NCBI RefSeq assembly: GCF_964213995.1
Contig: NC_135817.1
Coordinates: 53,196,001-53,260,000 of the forward strand
Origin: Mustelus asterias
Lineage: Eukaryota
Reading direction: 5' to 3'
DNA length: 64,000 nt
Every line of letters begins with the position of its first letter. Position 1 is the stretch's first letter. Shown here piece after piece: positions 36,901 through 49,605 of the stretch. A program made the translations under genes and the position numbers. The notes beneath the pieces are model-generated. The model did not search any database, was not told where the DNA came from, and worked only from the letters and a program-made list of their open reading frames with translations.

Positions 36901-37345
36901 GTTTGGACGGATGTCTTGTTTTAGGTATTTTCAATGTATCAGTAATGCATGATACCGTGGAACTTCATTTGTGATGTAAGTATTTTAATGGAAAATTTCA
37001 AATGTGATGTGCTTTGATTGAAACCTTTTGTCATTTTGTTGTTAATAAAATAATGGGTCTTGAAAAGATTTTTGTCTTTTAGCTGGTGCTTGATCCCCAT
37101 TTATGCTTAAGAACCTATCAATTTTTTTTTTCTTCAGATTCACTTGGGATAGTTTATGGAAATGGGAAACGCTCTTCCCTCCCCCCGAAGGTCATTTTCC
37201 CTTGCACACAACAACTGTCCACAAATAGTATTGAGTTAAATGACAAAATCATCCATTTTCATGGTGAGGTATAAAAGTTGGCCAGGGCATTGAGAGAATC
37301 CCTGCTCTTTTCAAATTGTCCCAACAAGATCTTTTATGTCCACGT

Positions 37346-37700
37346 GATTTGATTCGATTTATTGTCACGTGTATTGGAATACAGTGGAAAGTATTGTTTC
37401 TTGTGCTATACAGACAAAACATACCGCTCATGAACTACATAGGGGAAAAGGATAGGGTGCAGAATATTGTGTTGCAGCTATAAGTAGGGTGAAGAGAAGG
37501 ATCAGCTTAATATATGGTGAGTCCATTCAAAAGTCTGATGGCAGCAGGGAAGAAGCTGTTCTTGAGTCGGTTGGTATGTGACCTCAGACTTTTGTATCTT
37601 TTTCCCCAATGGAAGAAGGTGGAACAGAGTATTTCTGGGGCGCGTGGGGTCCTTGATTATACTGGCTGCTTTTCCGAGACAGCGGGAAGTGTAGATGAGT
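37346..37700 (-). mobile_element. Rex1/Babar LINE 3' fragment inserted in a DeuSINE-like relic (37263-37345 and 37701-37790)
   Basis: GATTTGATTCGATTTATTGTCAC tail and TCTGATGGCAGCAGGGAAGAAGCTGTTCTTGAGTCGG, reverse complement of 12235-12270. Confidence 0.8.
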
Positions 37701-37790
37701 CACATGAGAGAGCAGATAAGGCCTCAGTTTAACGTCTCATCTAAAGGATGACACACCTGGGGTGCAGCAATTCTTCAGTCCTGCACTGAA

Positions 37791-37906
37791 GGCCAGAATT
37801 TTCCAGTCCCTCTTGCCGGCAGGATCATCTGGTCAGTGATCATTTGAATGGTTAACTGCATCCCCTGCGGGGGAATGCACCACAGCGTAGCCAGCCAATT
37901 CCAGCC
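37791..37906. mobile_element. MITE with GGCCAGAATT / AATTCCAGCC TIRs
   Basis: Terminal inverted repeats of the same family as 44913, 45485 and 48078. Confidence 0.55.
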
Positions 37907-38379
37907 AAACTGTTAGGTCTAGATTTCTGTCCTGAAATCTCTTAAATGAGGTATGAATCACTAACTTTTTAACATCCGCTGTGTTTCTGCTGGGTAGTAG
38001 AAGTAAATTAATAGCTTTAGGCAGAAGGCCTCGCTCACCTACCCATGCAGAATTCCCTTCCTGCATTTCTAATTATCTTGAATCCCGTTTGTTGACAAGA
38101 ACTTGCCTACTTGTTTCTTAAAAAGCCATTAAGTGGTATTTTAATTAATTGACAGCTTACAGGTACTGCTTACATTTACTGTACATCCCTAGATTCCCAT
38201 GAGATGGTGGCGGTCGGCATTCTTAAACTGCTGCAGCCATTGTGGTCAAGATATTCCTACAAAGCTCCATAGGATTTTCCAGGATTTTGATCCAGCAATG
38301 ACATTGGATTGATGATTTATGTCTGAGTCGGAATTGTGTGTGACTTGGAGGTGATGGTGTTCCTATGCACAAGGCGAGT

Positions 38380-38550
38380 GCAATTTTGTCTTTTTAAAAG
38401 CATTAAGACAGTTACTTGTGTAAAATGGGTATAGGGGGATATGGGCCAAATGCAGGCAATTGGGACTAGCTTAATGGTAAAAACTGGGCAGCATGGACAA
38501 GTTGGGCCGAAGGACCTGTTTCCATGCTGTAAACCTCTATGACTCTGTGA
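38380..38550 (+). mobile_element. CR1 3' tail nested in an older minus-strand LINE relic
   Basis: GGACAAGTTGGGCCGAAGGACCTGTTTCCATGCTGTAAACCTCTATGACTCT; reverse-complement homolog at 62533-62700. Confidence 0.8.
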
Positions 38551-40405
38551 CACCTGCTGTCCTTGTCTATCTAGGTGGTGGAAATCACGGGTTTGTCTGT
38601 TGCCGCCAGAGAGGTCTTGATGGTTTGCAGTAGTGCATCCTGTCCATATTCAGGAATGATACTCTGCTGATGCGGAATGGGATAGATGTTTAAGTTGACC
38701 ATCAGGGTGGGGTGCTGATGGAAAATTCTATAAACCACCAGGAATGGTGACTTTGGGTCTTGCTAGGACTAATGCTTATGGCATAAATTTATGCCCATTC
38801 CGAACTGACATGAATTCAGAAAATTCTGATCATCTACAAAGAGGCAGAGTTATGTTAATGAACGAAGTTGAGTTTTTATAGCGGGAGCTCAGGAGAAATG
38901 CAAATGAAGAAACTCATGTGCAGTGGGTAAATTGGTGTAAAACTGGAGTAAATCAGCCATGTGCAGATTTCCTTGGGGGAAATAAGGATGCAACTCAACT
39001 CCCATGGGTTGCAGTTATGTTGAAAACTTCAGAAAATTCCAGCACATGTACTGGGACTGCAAATGTCAGGACATATAAAAATCACTTGTAAATCTTCTGT
39101 TCAGTTTGGATCGTGGTAATAATTTTCATTGCATAAACCTGCTCATTTTGCTCTATGTTGGTCATTTGGAATGCAGACGTTCACATCAGAACAGCAGAAT
39201 AGTATCAAAAGAATTAACTCAAAGAGTGACTCTTGTTAGTGCTTAAAACCTATTTAAAGCAGCCCCGGCACCCAAGCTCCTTTCTAAGTTTTTCCAATGA
39301 TCGCATGTTTTATAATTGCATAAAAATACAGGACAGACACAGGTTTGATGAAAATTAAAGTATATCAATTGCTCCTCCTGTGCAATAACTTGTATAATTT
39401 AAATTATCAGCTCTCCTTTCCTTCAAAATTGTTATGAGAAAACCACTGTGATTTAATATATCCAGTGTTTAGTATGGAAGAAAGGGGATAACAATGCACT
39501 CTCTGCATGCGTCACTGAATGTAAGCAGTAGCTTTAAGCTGCTTTAATCCATTTTTCTGGCTGCTAGCTCAAGAAGGGCAGCAGCGGGGACCTAGGAGTG
39601 AGTTGAGTCGGAAACGTAATCGCTGCTCCAGAAATAAGGCACAGACTATTTTAACTCCCCAGTCTTGTTTAAATCCTATCGGCTGATTGGTTAGACAGAA
39701 ACCAAAGCTCATGGACACCTACAATTCTTAAAACTAAATTAATATCCATTCATAAGTATTGAAGGGATAGTCAATCTTCTACAAGGGCAAAGTTAGTTGT
39801 GATTGAATCTGATTATTTTGATAAATTAAACCTCAAAAGCAAGATCCCTCCTAAGTCTCCACAGCCAACATGTCTGTGTTCAGAGATGAAAAATGTTCTG
39901 CTCACGCTTATTAACACCCTTATCTTGTCGGGAGGAAATTGACTGTTTCCAGGCCACAGATTGAATTGCGGGGCACTGCACCAATAAAATTCCATGGGCG
40001 GCCTTCCCCAGCCATATGTGAAGTGGAGGGGCAGGGCAGGGCAGGTGAGATCAAGCCTCTCCCCTCACTCCAGTTGAGGGCTTAAGGGGATTCCCACCCT
40101 GGACTCAATTTTGAAGCTGGCAAAAGGAGGTCAAAGACAGGCGAGAAAGCCCAACAGGATTCCTTGTGTAAGCTTTAAGGGAGGGAAAGGGTAGGTGCCT
40201 CCCTCATGGGTCTCCTTTCCTTATCAGACCTCCACACCCCCCCCCCACCCCCACCCCACCCCATGGTCCTCTGCCCTCCTCCCCCATTGAGGTGCCCCCA
40301 CTCCTCTGATTTTTCCACCTGACCACCACCCCCTTTCCTAAAAAACATCCTCCAGTTATTGTCTTGAAACCTCTGTACCTAGTCCTGCAGTTCCCAGCAC
40401 ATATA

Positions 40406-40714
40406 GGGCGGCACAGTGGTTAACACTGCTTCCTCACGGTGCCAGGGACCCGGGTTCGATTCTCAGCTTGGATTACTGCCTGTGTGGAGTCTGCACGTTT
40501 TCCCCATGTCTGCGTGGATTTCCTCTCGGTGCTCCAGTTTCCTCCCACAGTCTGAAAGACGTGCTGGTTAGGTGGATTGGCCATGTTAAATTTTCCCTCA
40601 GCGTACCCAAACAGGCGCCAGCTTGTGGCAACTGGGAGATTTTCACAGTAGCTTCATTGCAGTGCTAATGTAAGCCTACTTGTGACACTCATAAATAAAC
40701 TTTAAAAACTTTAA
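40406..40714 (+). mobile_element. V-SINE, alternative tail, with 7-bp TSD
   Basis: GGGCGGCACAGTGGTTAAC head; (AAACTTT)n tail; ACATATA direct repeats at 40399-40405 and 40715-40721. Confidence 0.92.
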
Positions 40715-42332
40715 ACATATAATCCAGGGACTAGGTATAGTTCTGGCAGAGGCCACCCATCCCATTGCATCAGTGGGACTACAGACTGTTGGACAATCAG
40801 ATTGGCCGGCAGCTCTCTGAGTGAGGGGCTGAAGGACCCCTCTGGCTGATTCTCACTCCACTGACTGTTAAATGGCTGCGCTGCTGGTGACGGCATTGAG
40901 GATGCATTCACCTGCCAACTGTTTTGGTGACGGAGCAGCACCATTTGAAAAACCCTGCCCACTGTCTCTGCCAATGAGTTAGAGGCTTATGGAAGGGCCT
41001 GCAGCAAACAAAAGCAATTTACAGAGTCTATTTGATGAGTCTTTACAAACTACAGCAAACTGAGTTCAGCAACGTCTCCTCATAAAAGCAGGGCAATTTT
41101 TCTGGCAAAATACACTGAGTGGAGGATGGTTAAAATCCCGTCTAGTCACTTACAAAAGAAAGTCTCCGTGCGTGAAAGGTGCGAGTGACAATTGTCCAAT
41201 TGTTCTCATTCTGTCTGACATAATAGTGTTTAAAAGGCTGACTGGTTGGGATGTTCCGGCCACACTCGCCCCGAAACCAGAAAATCCCACCCGAGGTCAA
41301 TGGACCTTTAACCCCCCCCCCCCTCCCAACTTGCTCCTATTCCTGTGGTGGGTGGGACGGGAAAATTCCACCCTATGTGGCCGTGGATGTTGACTGTGAT
41401 ATGCTATTTTAAGCCGTAAAAAACACAAGTTAACCATTACATACAGATTAAAATGTACAATTTGTTATACTAATCCTGGCTGCTGGTTTTTATCAAATCC
41501 AGAATTTCAGTCCCACAAGACCCAAATGTGGGGCCAGCACCATTCAAACAGGCTCCATGTTTAAAACAGCTGAAGACTCTGCCAAATCCAGACTACTCCC
41601 GACCACCCCTATTGCTACATCCTCCAAAAACACTACAACAGTCTGTGTCATTGATGTATTAAATAAATTAACACCCAGATTTAAAAAATATATTTACCAG
41701 TAACTTAATCATTAATCATTTTCTGAACAACCCCAAATCTTGCATGCTATCCTTTTTTCTCCCCGTACATATCTTTCTTGGCAAATATTTCAATACAATA
41801 AAAGCCCCGAAGGGAAGTAAGATGCCCTACTCTACAACAGCGAGCGTTCATGGGTTTGCGCAGTATGCGATGATACTCATCACTAAAATTACTTTGAGTT
41901 TAAGAATAATCCTTGTAATTACTGAGCGTGGATGAAAAGGAAGTGGCAAAAGTGAGGGGATCTTGATAAGAGAAAGTGTCAAAGTGAACGGTATAAAGGG
42001 CTGTTTCACTGCAGGAATCTGTGAGAATAAGATCAAATGCAAACCTCTGCCTGTGAAACTCAAGGCAGGCTGCTGTTTCTGTAATCTCTATCTCAGCCAG
42101 AGCATTGTTAAACATTATAGTCAGGATAATGATACAGGATAAAAAAGATACAAGCTGCTTATACTAAACACAAAGGCCATGTAGTTAACCATTTCGGTCC
42201 CTACTTCAAAAAACACCCTTTGGGCTGGATTTTCTCAGTCCCCTGCAGATACAGTTGGAGGCCGGGGATAGGAAAGTAGCAGGGAGCCGTATTGCCCTGG
42301 CATTCAGGACGCCAGGGAAATTTCCCACAGGT

Positions 42333-42560
42333 GGTTTGATTTGATTTATTATTGTCACATGTATTGAGATGCAATGAAAAGCATTGTTTCTTGCGCGCTA
42401 TACAGACAAAGCATACCGTACTTAGGGAAGGAAAGGAGAGAGTGCAGAATGTGATGTTAAAGTCATAGCTAGGGTGGAGAGAAAGATCAACCTTGTGCGA
42501 GGTAGGTCCATTCAAAAGTCTGATGGCAGCAGGGAAGAAGCTGTTGTTGAGTCGGTTTGG
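42333..42560 (-). mobile_element. Rex1/Babar LINE 3' fragment nested in a TIR element starting at about 42222
   Basis: TTTGATTTGATTTATTATTGTCACATG tail; homologous to 12235-12450. Confidence 0.82.
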
Positions 42561-44282
42561 GAGGAGGATGAGCTGGTCGCATTATGACAATGGGCAGTCA
42601 GATCAGATGATTGACACTCCAGTGGGAACCAATTTTTCAGCCTCGTCGATGTATTGCTGCTGGTAAAATGCCAACCATCCACAGCCCGCCATGGAGGCAG
42701 GCTGGGCAATGGGGTGAAGGAGGGTTATTGCTGCCAGAGGCTCCAGACTCCAGTCATGGGGCCTTCTGCAATAGCAGCTGCAATTTCAACCGATCCATCT
42801 TTCAACGGTGTTTTCCCATCCATCCCTATGGACCTGCAGCCTTGAACTTGTTCTTCTTTCTGCTGTGCAGGCGAGAGAGGGCATCTCATGCTGGGTTGGA
42901 GTGCCTTCCAATGAATTCAAATTTCAACGTCTGCTTTGGTGGGATTCAAACTCAAGTTCCTAGAGTATTACCCTGGCTCTCTGCGTTACTAGTCAGTGAC
43001 AATACCATGGTGCCACCATCTCCCCATGGAGTGCCTTCATATTGCTGCACCCTTTGTGGTCTCCAACCTTCCTCAGGAAAACCCACCTCTCCAATGCTGC
43101 TGATTCTTTGATTGGGCCAACACCATTGAGGATCCATCCATCCCGTCCTTATTCAGAAGGTCAGTTCAGAGGTAGCCAGTTAGGAAGCTGCCTCCAGAAA
43201 GATTGCTGAGCTGGACTTGCTGTTGGTAAATGGGTACTTGGGCACCCCAATTAGTGTCAGGTCAGGAGCCTGAAGGCCACAGGAAGATCCAGCTCTTTGT
43301 GACTACTAGGTTAATGGTCTTAATCATAAAATATGATTTTTTTTAAATCAAACACTCCAATTGCAAAAAGTCACATAAGTATTGATGAATGGGGACCCTC
43401 CAGGTGTGATGTCTGGTCTGTACAGTGTGAGCTAATTTTAGTCAGAAAAGAAAATAGAACACTAATTCTCCTCAAGTTGAGAAGACAATCTGATGATATT
43501 CCGTCTCTGAATTGGCTGTGCAATAACTCCGGTGTGTGTATGTTGACAAATGACAAGACTGGATTTCCTGCTGATGGTTTAAGCTTAAATAGTTGGTGGA
43601 TGAGATATTGAAGGGATTGTGTTTCTCATGGAGCTAGGTACTTTCAAGAGAAACATGACAATTTCTCATTTCTCAAAACAAAAGAGTGGCAATACTGTAT
43701 AAATCTTAGTCGCCGCTCCTTGCCCCTTCTCTGGCTTTCTTCATTCCTAGATCTTCTCCAGATTCCAATCCCTCTACCTTCCTGTGTTCAAAATTCTTAA
43801 TGCTCCCTGATGCCAGAAGCACCTTATTGATGATGGAGCCTAAAGCCTCTGTATACCAGAATCACTCTCCCTGTCTTCACACAATCTCCCCTTCCAGTCT
43901 GGACCCTCGTCCTTCACAATATGTTGGACATTCTGTTCCAGTGCTTCCAGGCCCTACACTGCACCACTCTACCCCAGCCTTCTGCAGCACTCCCAGATTT
44001 ACCCAATGCTAACTTGCCAGGGTAAGTCAGGCAGTACTCGTGCAAAGAAACAGAGTTAATGTTCCAGGTCCTTAACACTTGTTTCTCCACCCTGCCTGAC
44101 CCGCAGAGTAGAATTTTCTGTTTTTATTTCAGATTTCCAGCATAACCAATGTTGTGCTTTAGTTCTAAAAAGTCTTGGATCCTGATGATACGAATTAACA
44201 AACATTCAAAATCCCTGATTTACTGTAAGCAAGTAGAAAACCACAGTAGAAAACAGTACCACTGCAGGGAAGTCCATTGTCA

Positions 44283-44329
44283 ACTTCTTACTGTGTTTAC
44301 CCCAGTCCAACGCCGGCATCTCCACATCA
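44283..44329 (+). mobile_element. Extreme terminal fragment of the PLE family at 60-61 kb
   Basis: CTTACTGTGTTTACCCCAGTCCAACGCCGGCATCTCCACATCA is the reverse complement of 60041-60083. Confidence 0.8.
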
Positions 44330-44759
44330 TTGCTGTAAGCAACACAGCGTAACATTGAATAAGAAGTGCTCATGATGCAAGATCCAATGTACCTGTTTAA
44401 AAATTGGGAAATGATGCCACCCAGTGGACAATATCTGCATTCTTTAATGCCTGATTAATACAAACTGATATTGATCTGAGCATAGTTTCCTTCGGCGTTC
44501 CTTTGCTCCAATTATGAGAAATCCGCGCTTCAGGCAATACACGTAAAAGTCTCAGTATGATCCCGTTATTGATATTGATTCTTCCCTATATTAATTTTCA
44601 GCATGCCAAGAAGAAGTAGATGTGTTAATCTTATGACCCAATCACACAGGGTTGCAGTTAAGCAGACAAATTAATTTTCATTCAGACTAGGAGGCAAATT
44701 CAAACTATACTGCACAAGATAAATAAATTGGGCAGGATTAAATGGAGATTACTACCGGT

Positions 44760-45695
44760 TATGCATGCCTGGTATGAGCTGTAGACCACTCAGCCCCTTG
44801 AGACTGCTCCGCCGTTCAGTAAGATCATGGCTGATCAGATTGTTATCTCAACTCCATACTCTTACCTACCCCGATCAAGAATCTTTCTACCTCTGCCTTA
44901 AAAATATTCAAAGGCTGGAATCTTACCACCGTTCATGCCAGTGGGATTTTCCCATCCCGCCGCCATGAATGGAGATTTGGCAAGCCGCCAAATTCTCTGA
45001 CCTCGCTGCAGCGGGAGTGCCACATGAACGGCAGGTAAGATCGTTCCCATCAACTCTGCTTCTATTGCCTTATGAGAGAGTTCCATGGCCCTCTGAAATA
45101 AAAATGTTTTCCCTCATCTTTAAGTTTAATTATTAGTGTCACAAGTAGGCTTACATTAACACCACAATGAAGTTACTGTGAAAATCCCCTAGTCACCACA
45201 CTCTGGCACCTGTTTGGGTACACTGAGGGAGAATTTAGCATGGCCAATGCACCTAACCAGCTTTCAGACTGTGGGAGGAAATCCACACGGACATGGGGAG
45301 AACGTGCAGACTCCGTACAGACAGTGATCCAGGCCGGGAATCGAACCCAGGTCCCTGGCGCTGTGAGGCAGCAGTGCTAGCCACCGTGCCACCGTGCCGC
45401 CCATCTCTGTCCCAAATGAGCAACACCTTATTTTTGAACAGTGACCCCCTTGTTTCTAGATTATCCCACAAAAAGGAAACATCAGCCGGAATTCTCCAGT
45501 TTTGCACGCCCCGCTACCGCTGCCAGCAAGAATGGAGAATTTGGTGCTCAGCCAAATCTCCCATTCACTACAACGGGACCGGAGAATCCCAGCCACGGGC
45601 GAGGTCGGAGAATTCTAACCATCCTCTCCACATCCACTCTGTCAAAACTTCTCAGGATCTTATATGTTTCAATCAAGTCGCCTCTTACTCTTCGA
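44760..45695 (-). mobile_element. CR1 3' relic fragmented by two MITEs (44913-45049, 45485-45620) and a V-SINE (45120-45402)
   Basis: CR1 pieces resume after each insert; MITE TIRs GGCTGGAATCTTACC/GGTAAGATCGTTCCC and GCCGGAATTCTCC/GGAGAATTCTAACC. Confidence 0.7.
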
Positions 45696-47559
45696 ACATT
45701 TGAGACACGTGCTTGTTAGGTCGAGGGAGTTCTCTTGGTTCCCCACCATAATTTTGTCAATTTTCAGGAATTTCTACACACCTTCCACCGAAATTACCAC
45801 TTTCAATTGGGAAAACCTCCACGGAAATTTGGCCCCCGGCTCTTGTTTTAGTGATTCTTTTAATTCTAGTTTAAGAAACCTGTAAGATGTTAAATAGAAC
45901 ATACAGGGACTGATTTATGGCTCATATTTATTTGTATACATTTCTTACCATAAGATTCTGAATTATGCTGATTGATATGTTGTGTATTTCAGTCGTTCAG
46001 TGGTCCTCTTTAATTTAATTTTTCCAGGACTTGCCAATTTTTGTTTACTTTGTGATGCCCAATTCTCCAGTATATTTGATATTTTGAGAGTTGTTAGTTA
46101 TGTTACAGCACAGGAACAGGCCATTCAGCCCATCTGGTTTATGATGGTCTTTAGTCTCCATATGAGCACCCTCCCATCCTGACTTCATCTAATCCTGTTA
46201 GCATATCCTCCTCTGTTCATGTACTTAGCTTCAATTTAAAAGCATCTGTGACGTTCACCACAACCACTCCAGACTTCTAAATTCTACCCACTCTATGGAC
46301 AAACAAGTTTCTTCTGTATTATTTGTTTGATTCATTAATGACTACCTTATACTTATGACCCCTAGTTTTAGATTACCCTGTGAGTGGAAACATCTTCTCT
46401 GCTCCATCACTCTATTAAGTTCTTCTCTTTTCTAGGTAGCAATTGTCAGAACGTCGATATGTTTTTACTTTACTGTTTCATCTGTGATAGAAATAAAATG
46501 CAGAAAGAATTGGGATGAATGGTGTTCTCAAAAAGCCTGTCCTTTCCCTTCACTGATACTGATAACATTATAGAAGGATCAATTTCAGGAGTAAGGATGT
46601 TGTAGTGTACTATAAAGGCAGCACATATAAATAAAGCAGGTGGAGAAATATAGAGTTTAAAGAAGTATCAAGATTGAAAGATGAAAGCTTTTGGAATACA
46701 GTCTTTTCATCACAGCAGGATAAGAGCATCAAAGGTTGCTTCCAACAAAGCTATAGCTTGAGGATCGGAAGTAACAGTACTGTATGGAAAGCCGCAGAGA
46801 CTCTCATCTCTGTTTAGCAATCAATTCAACAAACAGAGTGATCATAAAATATTGGTTACTTTCAGCAGGAAGAGAACCATAAAAGAAAATGGTATAAAGA
46901 AACCACACGTTTTTATTTATTTTGAAATAAAGAAGCTATAGCTGCTTTTCACACTTGGTGGTGTGGAGAAGACACTTTTACAGGTCCCCATTAAATTGAC
47001 ACAGTTTGTTTGGGGCACAGGGCTAATCTGTGGCTGTTTAAGGTTAATGTTGTATCAATAATAAATGAAGTGTTTTATTAAACATATTGCTGTCTCCAGA
47101 TTTATGAATATCTTTAATGTTTAAAGGACTTATCTAAAGACTGACAAGCCAGGCAAGAGCTAAGTTTAGTAGTAGCATGAACATTGAATTGGGGACTCCC
47201 CAGCACAGAGGAGACAAGACCCATATGGTGGTACAAATGATCCAAGATGTTCCTCTCAGATGTTTGAACAATGAAAAAATGAGAGGTGCATGTAGCCCGG
47301 TACCAAATGGGGCATTATGGTGGACATCATCTTGGTAACAGACTTAATTGGAGAAAATACTGAAGAAGAGTTTTTTGAGTGACCCCAAACAGAGACAGCC
47401 TTAAATCTGAGAGTGAAAGGAATCACTGTGAATATGGGATTTGCAGGAGTGAGACCTGCAGTTCTAATGATTCAGCAGTTGAGAACTTACTGCGACTTTC
47501 AATGAATTTCTCAGTGTCTGCTTCCTTCTCTATTCAATGCAATTACATTTTTTAAAATA

Positions 47560-47940
47560 TTATTTGTTCAGGGGATGTGGGCATCACTGGCTGGGCCAGC
47601 ATTTGTTGCCAATCTCTAATTGCCCTTGAACTGAGTGGCTTATTAGGCCACTTCAGAGTCATTCAATGTCAACCGCATTGCTGTGGCTCTGGAGTCACAC
47701 GTAGGCCAGACCTGGGAAGGACAGCAGATTTCCTTCCCTAAAGGACAATAGTGAACCAGATGGGTTTTTATGACAATCCACAATGGTTTCATGGTCATCA
47801 GAAGTTTCTTAATTCCAGATTTTTATTGAATTCAAATTTCACCATCTGCCGTGGTGGGATTCAAACCCAGGTCCCCAGAGCATTACCCTGGGTCTCTGGA
47901 TTACTAAAACCAGTGGCAATACCATTGTGTCACTGCCTCC
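47560..47940 (-). mobile_element. tRNA-derived SINE (third family), near full length; a head-only copy lies at 42910-43025
   Basis: Head with B-box GGGTTTGAATCCC; 3' tail AAGGGCAATTAG...GCTGGCCCAGCCAGTGATGCCCACATCCC matches the LINE 3' end at 19325-19410. Confidence 0.85.
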
Positions 47941-48077
47941 CTGGAACATACCTACCTTTGTTCAACAAAGAGGAAAGTAAAACATGCAGGAGGTTGAGGA
48001 GTTTGTATTTGCCCTTTCACAATGTTGTTAAGCAGCCAAGTAAAAATTAATTGCTGGATGTACAAAGAGTAAGCATA

Positions 48078-48213
48078 GGTCAGAATTCTCCGGCCATTCA
48101 GACCCTGCCATTGCTGCCAGAGAGGCAGGAGAATTTGGCGCTCAGCCAAATCCCCGTTCACTGCAGCGGGACCTGAGAATCCCACTGGCGTGAACAGCCG
48201 GAGAATCCAGCCC
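48078..48213. mobile_element. ~135-bp MITE
   Basis: TIRs GGTCAGAATTCTCC / GGAGAATCCAGCCC; internal hairpin GGAGAATTTGGCGCTCAGCCAAATCCCC; collinear with 45485-45620. Confidence 0.75.
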
Positions 48214-49042
48214 ACGGAAGATAAATAAATTGAAAACTGCAGCACATATCAGAGATTAATTTTGTTGTGTGAAAATAGGATTGAAGTAAAAGAATAATAG
48301 ATTTTCTTTGGTGTTTCATGCACTGTCTCTTTAAATATGTGTGCTTTCTGTTGCTTCATGGTACAGTGCCTCACAGAATGAAGAGCAGTTTAAGCTTCTG
48401 TAATTTCTGTCAGTGTCATTCGGAGCAACATAAGCATTTTGCTCATTGCCTCTTCTATGAGTCTGTGCTGTTTTGCATTTGTTAATTATTTTATTTACAT
48501 CTATACTGGCATGTGTTATTTTTATGATATTGAGTTCCTCTGGGGAGATTTTGGGTTTGAAATTTACCGACCGTGTATCTGACCAAAAGATCAAATTATG
48601 GATACCGCATTGTTACTCACAAATGCTTCAGAAAACTGCTTCTGTAAATTGTATGAACGAACTCACCTTGGAATTAATATATAGAATTTGGCACATTTGA
48701 GTGAATCAATATATAAGAAACTATATTTTAAGGTGAATGCAGGAAAATCAGGCTTGAATGATTGAGGCTAATTAAGATATCGGAGGCTATGAATTCAATT
48801 AAGCTGGCGCTTGATCAAGTTGAGGAATGTAAGCAGTGTGCTGCCTGTTCATTTCAATGACTGTGGCGTGTAGCTCAGTGCAAAACGTGCTACTGAGAGA
48901 GGTTGCAAGAGGAGTCCCAGAATTAAACATGACTACCCCAACACACAGCTAGCCTGAAGGCATAGCCAGGTCACAGCAGCTATGACGCCGGATCAGAAAG
49001 TGTTTGATGGAAGGAAGGAGATTACAAATGGAGAAATAGGTC

Positions 49043-49247
49043 AGAGAGAGAGAGAATTTCCAGGTTCCCTGATGCAGCACTGGAGGACTTAATCCAGGAA
49101 GTCAAAGAAGTAGAGAGGTGATGTTTCCACACGGCACCAAGAAGCCCTCAAGGCATACAGAATGAAAGGAATGGGAGACAGTCAATTCCCAGAGTTTAGC
49201 CTCCAGGATCTGGTTACAGTGCTGGAAAAGTTCAAAGATCTCACATG
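49043..49247 (+). pseudogene. Relic Myb/SANT-like ORF of a Harbinger transposon
   Basis: Frameshifted translation RERISRFPDAALEDLIQEVKE...VMFPHGTKKPSRHTE*KEWETV...SRIWLQCWK(K)FKDLT fits the Harbinger/NAIF1/MSANTD Myb-like pattern (RF...L...V...W..V...R.W.QC.KKF.DL). Confidence 0.65.
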
Positions 49248-49605
49248 GCTCATCAGTGAATGCATCATTCACCAAACTCTCACACTGTCCAATCCATCGC
49301 TCATCCATCCGCAATTAAAACTCATGTTGAGTGTTTAGATGCCCCTCACCCTTCCACAGTTACCAATGCTGCCAGCCACACATCCACCTCTCCCAGCTTC
49401 CTCATATCTCCAGTTATTCGGCAATGCAGGCAAATCACCCACGCTGCAAGGCACTCACTGACAAGGTCACTCATTACTACAGAGAACCGGTGGTGGGGCA
49501 CAGGCATGCCTGTATCACCTGAGTCCTTTGGAGGTAGTGGTGCTCTTTCTTCTAAGGCCAGCAGTGACTGAAGTCACTGCATCCAGCATTGCTGAGAACA
49601 TTCAG

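Larger units (their letters stand above)
29053..37070 (+). other. Putative long IGSF3 3'UTR with candidate polyA signals
   Basis: AT-rich and poor in TEs compared with its flanks; AATAAA at 31960, 35145, 36714 and 37044, the last followed by T/GT-rich sequence, after which TE density rises again. Confidence 0.5.

Noticed and set aside
46480-47400. Possible LTR/gag relic
   Set aside because: Only compositional hints; no TSD, PBS or protein motif that I can support.
48331-48594. 87-aa minus-strand ORF as an exon of a neighbouring gene (e.g. CD58/CD2-like)
   Set aside because: No recognisable domain, no convincing splice context, and no partner exons found between 37 and 61 kb.
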